DNA of 64,000 nucleotides from positions 1 to 64,000 of the forward strand of contig JAAILG010000029.1 of NCBI GenBank assembly GCA_012026655.1, written 5' to 3'. The translations under genes were made by a program, and so were the position numbers. The stretch is from Hydrolagus affinis. Taxonomy: Eukaryota. The notes beneath the pieces were generated by a model. It saw only the letters and a program-made list of their open reading frames with translations, had not been told where the DNA came from and made no database searches. Each line of letters starts with the position of its first letter. Within the stretch, counting starts at the first letter, position 1. Shown in pieces: positions 1-11,620 of the stretch.

Positions 1-421
1 ATCCTCGTCCTCACCTTCAAGGCCTTACATGGCCTTGCCCCGCCCTATTTAACCAATCTACTCTCCCCCTGCAAGCCCACCCGGACCCTCCGTTCAGCAG
101 GACTCGGCCTGCTCCAAGCCCCCCGCCCGAACCGCCCCACCATCGGAGGCCGGGCCTTCAGTTTCTCCGCTCCCACCCTATGGAATTCTATCCCCCAATC
201 CCTCCGTTTCGTTTCTTCCCTTTCCTCTTTCAAGGCCGGTCTGAAGACTTTCCTCTTCGACCGTGCCTTTTGTTCCACCCCGAATTCTTTGACCTCCCCT
301 TCGTGTTTCGCCCCCGCCCAAACACTCCCCTCCCAGCTCGGGTCACACGCCTCCTGTACAGCGCCTTGGGATGTCCTCCCGACGTGAAAGGCGCTCTATA
401 AGTGTAATTTGTTGTTGTTTT
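1..421 (+). mobile_element. L2-clade LINE 3' end (family A), cut by the window edge
   Basis: Frame 1 reads ILVLTFKALHGLAPPYL...GGRAFSFSAPTLWNSIPQSLR...FKAGLKTFLF (L2 ORF2 C-terminus), followed by the stem-loop agcgcctt...aaggcgct (360-395) and a (TTG)n tail. Confidence 0.92.
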
Positions 422-1334
422 GAGCATCTTAAAATGACAAATGTTAATGGATGAGGATGGACAAGTTTTTTTAAAAAAATCTTGCTGTTGCAGTAGTTGC
501 AGCATCGAGCACGACCCAGTTGATGGTTAACACAGAATAAATGTTCCAGTAGAATTCCCTCAAATTGTTTCCAAGCAATGTAGTCTAATCCCAGACTCAG
601 GAAAGTACCCTCTGTCTCTGGTGATAATTTTCCATTTCCTACACCAGTCATTCTTGTGGTCTTTGTGAACAAATTTTCTGATTTCATATTAATGTGTGGA
701 GAATGTTGTGTTGTTCATCCAGAGCCCACAGCTTACTGGAATGAAATTTCCCAAATGTGCTTCCCTTACAATCATACAAAGATGTTCATTCCCGTCAGTC
801 CAAGAGAGATTTTAACCCCCAACTCAGTGCTGTTGAGGACAAAGTCATGAGCCTCCTGTGCCGCTCAGTTTTGAGGCTTTGAAACGCAGGATGTGGAATA
901 GGGCTATTGTTCTTTTTCAGTGGAGGGCATCCTCCCCGCTGCTCATCTGCCTATCTCTGAACACTGCCAATTCATTAACTTCACATCGATTCATCATCTT
1001 TAAATCAAATGTTCACCAGTGGCCTCCTCACATCAGGCACTGGATAATTCATGGAAATGGGCTTGCTGGAAATGATCAGAACTTTCCCAGTTTCCAAAAA
1101 AAATATCAAACGGAACTTTGGCCCATTTTCCTCCTGTAGGTGCTGGTGAAGGGCCTGCTGGAAACACAATGTAACACAGAGACTTTTAACATTCGCTCTG
1201 GGTGTTTCCTTCCCTTTGCACTTATTATTCTGTTTCATCTGTGCCAAGTAAGATGGACTAAAACAAAACTCAAGAGTTTTCATTCTACATTGTGTTCAAA
1301 ACCTCACTATCCACCCAAGTAGTAAAATATGGCT

Positions 1335-1473
1335 TTTATCAACCCTTGCCGAATACGACTTTCTCGAGTGCAAATTCGACTATACGCGAAGAAATGGGAG
1401 GACGCTGCCAGCTTACCAAACGCGATTTTAGTTTTCCAGGAACATAACCCCCGCTTTCGGCGAGGGACAACTG
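1335..1473 (-). mobile_element. Tigger/pogo-like DNA transposon terminal fragment
   Basis: Minus strand reads TA|CAGTTGTCCCTCGCCGAAAGCGGGGGTTATGTTCC, which resembles Tigger/MER2-type TIRs with a TA target. CpG-rich; the second TIR was not found. Confidence 0.6.
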
Positions 1474-1475
1474 TA

Positions 1476-1533
1476 TTTAGAAGACGTGAAAAGCGCTATA
1501 TCAAATGCAAGGACTATTAGTATTATTATAATA
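1476..1533 (+). mobile_element. SINE 3' tail fragment
   Basis: agaagacgtgaaaagcgctatatcaaatgcaagga plus a (TAT)n tail, shared with the full-length copies at 25128 and 58943. Confidence 0.85.
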
Positions 1534-1545
1534 ATGACATCCGTA

Positions 1546-1790
1546 CATAGTGTTATATAGAGTGTATCAGCAGGAAAGAGGCTATTTGGCCCAACTGCTC
1601 CTTGTTTATGTTCCATTTCTAGCCCCCACCCCTACTGTTCCTCTCTCCTGTACCCTTAGACTCCCTTCTCCCTTGTGTATGCATCAAATTTTTCTCTTAA
1701 ATACATTATTGCTATTTCCTTTAACCACAGCTTTCAATCGGTCGTTCCACATTATCATCACACTATCCGTGAAGAAGATACTGTACAGTA
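1546..1790 (-). mobile_element. CR1-type LINE 3' fragment, degraded
   Basis: cagcaggaaagaggctatttggccca and ttccacattatcatcacactatccgtgaagaag resemble reverse-strand CR1 3' end motifs repeated at 20455, 31210 and 47275. Confidence 0.55.
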
Positions 1791-4075
1791 CTTCTAAACT
1801 CTCTATTAGATCTACCACTAGCAACATTTTGTTTATGTCCTGGTCTCAAAAACAAGTGTATTTGGCCACAAGTGTATGTATCTGCAATAGAACCAGTAGG
1901 CAAGGAGTACATTTTAATGAATATAAGTTCCTTTTGGAATGAGAGATTCAGGGATCCTAAGTAAGTAAATCCTTCCCTTCCATCTTTTTCAATCCAGAAG
2001 TGTTTCAGGTGTTGAGATAATGTATGCTCTCATGCCTTCTATTTTGCTCCGCTTTTAAAGTTTTACTGTCCATTTGTGTGGGTGTTTTACATTTAGAAAG
2101 GTTGTTCAGTATTCACGGGGTTAATGCTAATAGAATTTCAGGAAAAGAGCGGGTAGGGTCCCTACCCAGGGTGGGGTTTGTGCTTGTCGATAAACAGAGC
2201 ACATTTTGTGTTTTACTAATACACTAGAGTTACCATAGTAGCATTCAGACTCATCCATGGAGCAAGACCTGCAATAATAGTCAATGTTGACACAACTAAT
2301 ACATTATGCATGTTCCAAACGTGCTTTAATTGTATGTCAAATTGGATCCAAGTGTTCAGGAACTTCTTTATAGCTCAGGAATTTTTTTTTTGGCAGCATT
2401 CCCTATTACATAGTGTTTTGTCTCCTGGTAGAGAAAGAGAACGAGCAAGCGAGTGAGCATGTGGGGTTGTCCCAGAGGTTTTAGATCGGGGAAATATTTG
2501 CACTCTATGAGACCACTTTATCTCCTAATACTATAACCATTTGGCCATGGAACACAGCGAGAGAGGTTCCACAGCCTGCTGTAATGAATGATGGGCAAAC
2601 CTTGACTATGTGCTAACTGCAGCGTGTAACCTTTATGCTTCAGGCCTCCTAATTATATTTGAAAGGAAGATAAAAGTGAACAGCAATGGCTCATCAGTCC
2701 TGTTGTTTAATTAGAATCTCTCCATTCAAATACAAATTCACTGGAAGTTCAGCAGTGATAAATTTACACATCCAGCTGTCTAGCATCTAATCGCTGAGTC
2801 TAGCAGTCCCTAGCCGCCCCTGATAAAAATAGCTAGAACAATTCTGTTCAAAGATAATTAGCAGACCTTTTTTTTTCAAAAAAAATAATCCGCAAAATCC
2901 AGAGGGGCAACCAAATGGCCCAGAGCCTCAGAGCACACACTTCCTCTCCAACAGAGAGTTGGATCCTGATTGACATTTGAGTTTGTCACCCCCTTGTGGG
3001 TGTGTAGTGCATCACCACTTCGGCTGGGGCTGAAGCTGTAAATTCCTCTGGGAGCCGTCTTGCATCTCAGGGAAAGAAACAGGGAAAACACATCAGCTGT
3101 CATTATTGAACTTATTGTACATTGACCATTGAAAGCCACTGGTGCTGCAGCGTATAGAATGCTAGGATTAGGGTTTGTTTGTTTTGCCCACAGCGTTGAG
3201 TTTTAATACATATTCTCTTAACAAACACCATCAATGCAAATTGGAGGTACCCACCCTATTGTATTGCAAGCCGCCTTTTCTTCTCAAGGTTTGCGGTAGC
3301 CTGGGTCATGACCTCTTTATTATCATCACCCAAATGTTTGCCTTTTTGTTGAAAAACACACATGTGGTTGGACATGGTTCTTTTGCATTCTTGATCTTTC
3401 TACACGTTGATCAGCTACAATTTCATATGTGTCGAGACAAGGAGCCTGTGCTGCTGACAGCGCGGCTGATCTTTGTGCTGTGAACCATTTTCCATTCTGA
3501 TAAGAGCATCTTGCTTTCCATTCAGTGATATTTACATTGTCATCGGAAGCTAAGTCTTGGCTTTAATATTTACCATCAAATGTATTTAGTATCATGGATG
3601 TGCTTCAGGGAATATCTTCATTACAATTTTCTTTCCTAAAGTTGGAGGCTCTTGCTGGACTGTGACTGCACAGATACCAGCTGTCCTCATACCTCTTCCA
3701 AGCAGTCATTTTCTTGAACCTAGACCATAGGTCAGGCTGTTCAACCAAGGGGGCAACAAAGGCTTCCTGACCTCAAGCACTCACATTATCCGGTGGGGCC
3801 CTGGCTTGTTTCACTCCTCCACAGTCCAGGATCCTGTGCCAGGAGCAGCTTCCACTGTGGTCCTGCCTTGATATGTGCGGAAATCAACCTGGAAAAAACA
3901 CTAGCCCTGATCATGACTCCTTGTAAGGAAAACCATTTGAGTTCCAGTCAATCTGTGAGACTCCACTCTGGAAGTAGATTGTGTCAGAGCAGAGTTCCCG
4001 TGGTTTGGGGTGACATACTTCCGGATACCATTTGCACAACTGATTCCTTTTGAGAAATATTTCCCAGTAGACACC

Positions 4076-4274
4076 AATAATAGTAATAATCCTTGCATTT
4101 GATATAGTGTTTTCACATCTTCTAGATGTCTCAAAGCGCTTCACAGAATATATTGTAAAGTGAATTGACTGTATATTTGTGAGCGAAACATGGCAGCCAA
4201 TTGCGCACAACAGTTTCCCACAGAAACTACCAATTTTTTTGAGGGATTATTATTATTAGTTGTGTGGAGTAAGG
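4076..4274 (-). mobile_element. tRNA-derived SINE, 5'-truncated
   Basis: Reverse complement of the 58943 SINE body and tail (taatccttgcatttgatatag...gcagccaattgcgcac...gtggagtaagg). Confidence 0.9.
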
Positions 4275-6399
4275 ATGACAATGACAATAACAATGACCTG
4301 TAACTGCTGTAACTGCTGGACAACTGCACTGCCTCCAAAACTGGTTTGTTTCAGAAACAGTCTGGTCATCAGCTCATCAAATTGTTTTCCAAGTGGTTCT
4401 TTCTGAGCAGGTATTTATGGTAGTGTATGTGGTATATGTTGGAATTACTCCTGCACATTCTACCATCAAAATTTATAACCATATGATTTCTTAACGCAGT
4501 GATGGACTTCATCACATCTTCAGCATGACTTCATTTGTATTGGTTTACACGAGGATGTGACAGCAATGAAAGCTCAATGTATCTTTCATCACCCTAAGGC
4601 ACCAATGTCTGGCTTAATTTAGTTATAGTTACTGTCTATCATATGGCGTATCAGCAATGGCATACATCAGACATTTAAAGTCAACTCTATTCCATTCCGA
4701 ATCCCAATGGCAAGGAGATTTAAATCTCTGTTCATGATTGTTGTAAATTGCCCATTTCAATCTACGAACATGACCAAGAAAGTGTGATGAACTGGCCTTG
4801 AAATACAAAATGTAGTGCAGTTTCCTGATTCAAATGGTTGTGGACTCGAGAGTCCAAGAGGATTGCTTTTTATTCTGGAATCCTTTGGTCTCTCAAATTT
4901 AATGGCAAATTTAAATCCAAATCAGAGATTTGATGCATGTGGAATCCCATCTCTGTGTTAGAGATTCCATGTATGCCATATACTTATAGAAATTCCCATG
5001 TCTGAAATGGAATGCACACTCTCTATCTCCCTGGAAGGTCATATCTAGGGTGCATTGGGCGTAGTTTGGCAAGAGGCAAAGGAGTTTGAATATGACCCTG
5101 TGTGAATTGTAAGCAGCTCCTATAGTGCAGTTACTCAGAAAGGGAAAACTCTGATAAGTGAAATAAATCTGGTTATATCTGTATGACACTGCAGTTCTTA
5201 AAGTTTGTATTACATTATTAAGACGGTGGTATTATTGCATTTTACTAATCAGTATAAACTGAGGAATATCATGCCAACACAAGCTCTTTCCTCCTACCTC
5301 TGAACCAATGACATTCACAATGTTCTCTTACTTCAGCCTTCTCAGATGTATTGTACATGCAGATGGACCGGCGTTTAGAATTGCAAAAGACAGTTTCAGG
5401 ACAGATTCTGAGGTGAGGCATCTCCTCCAAATCTCTTCCCTGATCTAAACCAACAGATGACCCTATCTATGGCGGGGATTAGACTGGCCCAAATATACCC
5501 ATGGACAATAAAACCCACATTCGATATAAATGACATGGGCCCTGAAATACATCAACATGTAATACTCCTCAACCCAGGAAACTGTGTGAATTCTACACCA
5601 CTATGTTTGACAATACAAATTTAGAAAAGCTTACAGCAGCATTATTTAAAGATCGATGTTTGAAATAACAACAGGACCACAGAAACCTTAGATACCTTGA
5701 AAGCCTGGCTTTTAATGTTTTTCGAAAGAGTTGCGGGTAACCAAACAAACACATGGTTATCTGAGAACAGCGGCAACATTTCTGATCAAACACTATGGAT
5801 CTTTGAACAAGTAGACATGTTTTTAAATTGTAATTTACAATTTGCTACAATTCTTAGCTGCAGTGAAGTGATGCAGGACTCTGTGCTCTGCTGGAAAACA
5901 GAGCAGTAACAATGAGAGGAATCCAGTGAACCTGACACTTGCAGAGGAGTCGAAACCCATACAAGTGAATGGCAGATTGTATTAGTTAATTGGACTTCAT
6001 TTAGAGTTGTGGGTATTAGGTTTTAATGTTAAGTGGATTCTGTGTGGATGTAAACAATTGATGTCTTTCAAGACGACTGCTTCCAAGAGACAGCCATCCA
6101 ATCAGCTGCAATAAAGCCGTGCTCCTTTCAAACAAAGCAGTGATCAAAAGTGAAAAAAAATAATGCTGTAGCTGTGAACTTTGAGCTTATTATGGCACAA
6201 GATAATAAGTGAAATTGGCCTGAAAATAGCTGTATCCTTTTATGTTTCATGCAAAGATGTTGACTCCCAGAAAGAAATCATTTCTGTTGATAATACTAAT
6301 AGGTTCTTCTTGAAGTAATAGTGTGGTGAGAAAACTTTGCAGCCGATTCATCCTTTAGTGTTTGCTGGGGGAGGTGATGGGGGTTGCTGAATTTACTGA

Positions 6400-6678
6400 A
6401 TCTGTGATGTTAACCTAAGTCTTGTTCAAATAGACATTAAAGATCCCGTGGCTCTATTCAAAAACAAAAGGGGATTTCTCCCAATGTTCTGGCTAACCTC
6501 CTCATGGCTGTTTGTGTGCTTGTTGGACAGTTCCATTTGCAAATTAGCTGCTGGATTTGCCTACAAATTGAGTGCTGCATCCTTGCAAATACATAGTCAC
6601 TTCATTTTACAGAAAATATTCAAAGTGCTTGGAGACATTCTCAAGGTGAGGCATTCATTCAAAATGAAGGATTCTTAT
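6400..6678 (+). mobile_element. Deu-domain SINE (SacSINE1-like), old
   Basis: gacattaaagatcccgtggctctattc...ttctcccaatgttctggct resembles the Deu domain and is followed by the shared 3' body and tail. Confidence 0.7.
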
Positions 6679-7049
6679 TATATCTGCTGATTTGCTGACT
6701 GGACTATGATTATTGTCACCTCACCAGCTGGTTAAGTCATTGGATTTAGAGCTGTTTCAAACTTTATTCTGCAGGAATCAATTTCATTCAGCGCTGATTT
6801 ATGCTCAAATTATTAAATTCGATGTTTCAGCCCTGCTTTAAACTTCAATTCTTCTTATTTGATCACCTGTTATATCCCAGTACCCCATACGATTTTGCAG
6901 GCCCCAGCTTTGGTTAGAGTAAGATTTGGTTTACAATTTGGCAGCTATTTTTAAGTGAAGTCATTTATTTGCAGTAAAGGAAATGTATGTGGAAGAATTG
7001 ATATGTATATGGAAGAATAGCTTCAGTAATAGTAAAATAATAATAATAT

Positions 7050-7350
7050 CTACTCTTGATTTTGATATTGTGCCATTCATGTCTGAAGGAAGTCTCAAAG
7101 CGCTTCACAAGGTTTACAGTCATGTATAGTTCCTGTGCGTTTTGTAGGGGATTCCAGCAGCCAATTTACACACGGTAAGATATGTCCCACAAACAGCCAT
7201 TAAGTAAACAATTAATATTATTTGAGGGATTGTGGATTACAATACAGGGAAAAAGTGTTTTCTTTTCACATAGTAGCATGGGATCTTTAACGTCCACTTG
7301 AATGGCCAGACCTTGATGTAACGTGCCACCGAAAGGAAGATACCACCAAC
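7050..7350 (-). mobile_element. Deu-domain SINE, old
   Basis: catgggatctttaacgtccacttga and accgaaaggaag are the reverse Deu domain; gtctcaaagcgcttcaca is the reverse tail. Confidence 0.75.
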
Positions 7351-8144
7351 AATACATTGCTCCCACAGGCCTTTTCTCCTTCCTTGCTTTCTCATACTCT
7401 TATCAAACATGCTCTATACAACTGCACTCAAGCACCCACTTGGTAAAATATGGTACTTTCAGCTTGAGGCTATGTCCCCGAATATGGTACAAATGAGGAG
7501 AGAGAATAAAGAGGAATGTGTGGGAATGATCTCACTGTTAAATTATTTATTGAATTCTGCCAGAATTCTGCCAGAATCCATTGTGATCAATCATTAATCA
7601 AAGCTTCGAAACATCGTTGTGCTCCCAGTGATCAAATAGGAAGGACTGGAATATAAGCCAGACTTATTCTGTTTGATGAATTAAAGTGTACTGTGGCTTT
7701 TGATAAGTGTTATTTTATTATAATTTTTCATGGTTCCTGTGAGAACAGATGACAGTCCAACCTCGCAGTACTCATATCCTGGCAAAAGATTAAATTATGA
7801 AAAATGACACTAATTCTAACACATTGCCTTCTGCCCAATACAGAGGTTTCCATTCACTGCCGATTAATGTTTGGTTGATTCTGGTTAAGTCTCAACTAGT
7901 AGACTGTTTTAGAGAAGAAGAAAGGATTTGTTCTGCAGCTGTCTGGTCCTGTTAACTTACATTCAAAGCTACACTGTGCAGTGAGGAGAAAATGTATCAT
8001 CTGTCTGTCTAGATTTATTTCACCAAAACACATAGATAGCAACTGAGAGGCATCGTTATTAGGTTGCCACTGGTTTTCTTATGTTCCTGTTGAAGATTTT
8101 GTATTCCAGCAATGAGGTTGGGTGTGACTAACTTGCTTGGAGGA

Positions 8145-8260
8145 ATAGAACATAAGAAATAGGAGCAGGAGTAGGCCATTCAGCCCCTCGAGTCTGCCCC
8201 GCCATGATTGTGGCTGATCTTCAAACCTAATTCCATTTACCTGCCCTATCCCCATATTAG
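8145..8260 (-). mobile_element. CR1-type LINE (or partner SINE) 3' terminus
   Basis: aacataagaaataggagcaggagtaggccattcagcccctcgagtctgc is the typical chondrichthyan CR1 3' end in reverse. Confidence 0.75.
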
Positions 8261-8499
8261 ATATCCTTTGTTTTGTGTTTATTATCTATAATATTGCAGG
8301 ATAAAATGTGGCATCAGCTGTCTGACAATAGGTCCTTCAGTAGATTGGAATGTGATGATCAAACATACAATTTAATTGATTTTAAAGTAATGTTTAGATA
8401 GGCCCTTTTAGATTCATTAGAGCATGTTTCACAGCTCATGAGATGGGTCAATTTTATCCTAGGAATATATTAATTCTTCCATTTGGTTTAGTTTCATGT

Positions 8500-8690
8500 T
8501 GTTGAGATATTTCAAAGCGTTTCACAGAATTTCACTGTAGAGTATGGTAACTGTATTTGTAGGCGAACGTGGCAGTCAATTCATGCACAACTGTATCCCA
8601 CAAACAGCCATGAATCTGCAAGCATTTTTATCTGAGGTGCTCATTGGCGAGGATGTTGGGAGAAACTCCCTTCTCTATTTGATGAAACAC
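8500..8690 (-). mobile_element. SINE fragment, old
   Basis: tcaaagcgtttcacagaat...cgtggcagtcaattcatgcac...cccacaaacagc. Confidence 0.7.
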
Positions 8691-9714
8691 TGAGCCACTT
8701 CATTTAGGCTAGTTTTTTTAAAATGGATATCCTTATTTGTAATTTTCAGCAATATCCTTATTTGTAACTTTAACGTAAATCCTGTATGTAACGCAGAAGA
8801 GAATGAGATTAGGCCTAGAAAAATATTCATCTATATTTCATCATCATTAGTCTTAAAGGATTAGATCCAGTGGTTAGATGTAATTGTAGTATTTATGAAT
8901 CAGTGTTTGGAGAGCAGCCAACATATGCTAACAGCACCACCTTCAAAATTATGAGGTTTAATGTCAAATGTGTGACTTGTTTGCTTAATTGCTTAGTGGT
9001 GGGCTGCTGTTGGTGAAATGAGCGTTACTGCATATTAAGAGGTCTGTTATTGCAATAATATGATTGCTCGAGAACAGCTATTAATATGTAGTAAACGTGC
9101 TCAGTGCTGAGATCAGTGCAGAGAGGCACTGGACGAGGGTTCTCACTGTGACTCTCTCATGCAGTCCATCTGCTAGTGGTTAGAATGAATGAATGGCACA
9201 CTGTAGCTGGAGTTAATTAAAGCATTCTAATATACTTTGTTTAAGACCGCTCTCTGCCTTCTCTTCTTGCATTAGAATTGGAGTGTTTAATGAAAGTCAA
9301 ATCATCAAGTGACATAAATGGAAATCAGCTTGTTCTGTGAAGATGTACTTTTTAGTTACAACTGATCACTAACTTTGGAACGTGTGTTTGATTGTGTTCT
9401 GTCGTTGTTCCAATTTTTAACGATTTTGAATGTAATTCAGTCGCTGATTCAATGTGAATTATTGTAATTCATTTAACAGAGGTAGAATGGAACACCGCTA
9501 TGACACACTCTTTGCCTTTAACTTTATTCACATATCACCAGCAAATGCAGATTTGCAAATCTTTTGGCTTCATAACAATATTCACTATTCATATTCAGTA
9601 AACAGTAACATACTCCTGATAACTCAACCCTAGCTTAACCTGTTACTGCAACTTAAGTCATGCTGTCAATATCCCGGCCACATTTATTTATGTAGATATA
9701 TATATATATAATAT

Positions 9715-9794
9715 ACTAGCTGTACCCGCTTGCAACCAAAGTATCCCACATGGAATGTAGATTGACACACAGACAATTTGCCTTTATCTATACT
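9715..9794 (-). mobile_element. Possible miniature non-autonomous Helitron
   Basis: Minus strand runs tatagataaaggcaaattgtctgtgtgtc...gcgggtacagCTAG|T, with a Helitron-like 5' region and CTAG 3' end. The 5' TC and the subterminal hairpin are not clear. Confidence 0.4.
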
Positions 9795-10121
9795 CATCTG
9801 GGAGCACACCTGTGGAAGAACTCCTTTGGGAGGATTCAGTGGGAGGACTCGGTGCTTTAATGATTTAATTTTGTTGTCGTTGCCTTGGCTTAGCTTCGTC
9901 TGTGTTCCCTCCACCGCTTGGCTACTTTGCTTGCTTTGTGACACAGGATGCAACGTTGCCTTGGTCAAAGCTATTGCAGCCACCAGATGTAACTGCAGAA
10001 TGTGTGTACATATGTAGGTGCTCTGTGTCGCACAATACCAAAGCATTACCTAGATTCAGAGGATGTAAATGCATTGAAAAATGCAAAACTGAAAATAACT
10101 AATGAATGATAGGAGACACAC

Positions 10122-10826
10122 AAAACAACAACAAAATTACATTTGTAGTGTGCCTTTCAGGTCAGGAGGATGTCCGAAGGAGGTGAACAATCAGGGGTCA
10201 GGATCCAAGCCTGGGAGGTGGGGGCAAGATTGGGATGAGGGAGAGCAGAGAGGTAGGATGGCAGCTGAAGGCATGTTTGAAAAGGAGGGTCTTAAGACTG
10301 TATTGAAGGAGGCAAGGGAGGGAGTAAGGTGAAGGGATTGTGGGATGGCGTTCCAACATGAGGCAGAGAGGCTGATAACCCAACCACAGATGGTAGGGTG
10401 GTTCAGGCTAGAGGCATGGAGAAGGCAAGAGCTTGTTGAACCGAGGGAGTGGACAGGCTGATAGGGGGTCAGCAGGTCAAAGAGGGGGCAAGACTGGAGG
10501 GCCTTGAAGGTGAGGACAAGGATCTTGAATTTGATCCTCTGTGGGATGGGGAGCCAGTGGAGCCAGGCTAGGGTGGGGGTGATGGAGTCGTGGAGCCTAG
10601 TGTGGGAAGAGTTGGGTAGGCTGACCAGGAGAGAGTTGCCATAGTCGAGCCTTGAGGTGACAAATGTGTGTGCAAGGATTTCAGCAGCCTTAGAGGTGAG
10701 GCAGAGGCGGAGACAGGCGATGATGCCAAGTCAGTGGAAGGCAGTGCTGGTCATGGCATGGATAAGGGGGAGAAAGGACAATTCAGGGTCAACACATACT
10801 CAGGTTCCCGACTGGCTTGATGAGGT
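10122..10826 (-). mobile_element. L2 LINE 3' fragment
   Basis: Reverse (TTG)n tail and stem-loop at 10122-10180; minus-strand ORF2 remnants (LKTLLFKHAF; gccttgaaggtgaggacaaggatcttgaat). Confidence 0.9.
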
Positions 10827-11199
10827 GGAAAAAATAAATATGTCAAAAACAAATATGCCCAAGTCACTCTCAGATACATGAGCTATCTGATGAGGGCCTC
10901 TACATGTCTCGACATCAATCGATTATTGAGATTCTTCTTGAAGCACAGACATACTTATTAATGTAGCAGAGAGATAGAAAATATTGTATACAGTATATAT
11001 ATGCCTAAATTATCACTTACGATAACTTGTCACTGACCCCTTTGCCCTTGGATTGACAAGTTATCAGGAGTTTACTGTATTCAAAGCGTCCACATAGATG
11101 AGCTGATCAGCTTTTACAGACTGTTCGGAGCGGATTGTGAACATCGAAACAGGAAAAAGTAATTCAATTTATCGAGCCTGGTGCAATCAGATTATTAGA

Positions 11200-11620
11200 T
11201 CATGGCAGGTCAGGCTCAATAGGGTGCAGAGGACATTCACTGGAATGATACCAGGGATGAGTGGTTTGACCAGCACTGCAGAGACTGGATTGCAAAAGCA
11301 ACGTGAGGTAGACTTGATGGAGCGCTTGAAAATTATGACGGGTTTTGATCTTGACTGGAAAAGGTAGTGAACCATGACTGGATGGATTGCTCTTTCAAAG
11401 AGCCAGTGCGGATACAATGTGCTGAATGGACTTCTTCTGTACTTCAAAGCCCTTCACTCAGAGGGTAATCAATAGTTTGGTGTAGGTTACCAGGAGGATG
11501 GAGGATGCCAGAACACTGGATTTAATTGAGCAACTGGTTGATGCTTTAATGGGAAGATGATAGGTTAAGTATTCTGAAAGCACACGATAAAATGGGTCAA
11601 AAGATCTTCGTAACTTGTAC
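11200..11620 (+). mobile_element. CR1 LINE 3' fragments, degraded
   Basis: RVQRTFTGMIPGMSGL...DLMERLKIMTGFD is the CR1 ORF2 C-terminal motif; 3' UTR gctctttcaaagagccag...gctgaatggacttcttctgt. Confidence 0.8.

Noticed and set aside
3542-3555. 5S rRNA box-A-like TCGGAAGCTAAG
   Set aside because: 12-nt match with no flanking 5S similarity.
4325-4378. Hammerhead ribozyme on the minus strand (CTGATGA...GAAA); partial cores also at 10886, 14614, 38920 and 58707
   Set aside because: Stem II closing pair and stem III/NUH site do not form, or GAAA is missing. At best these are decayed Penelope remnants.
11589-11600. RORE consensus AAAATGGGTCA
   Set aside because: Lies in a degraded CR1 3' terminus, and isolated ROREs are expected by chance in 64 kb.
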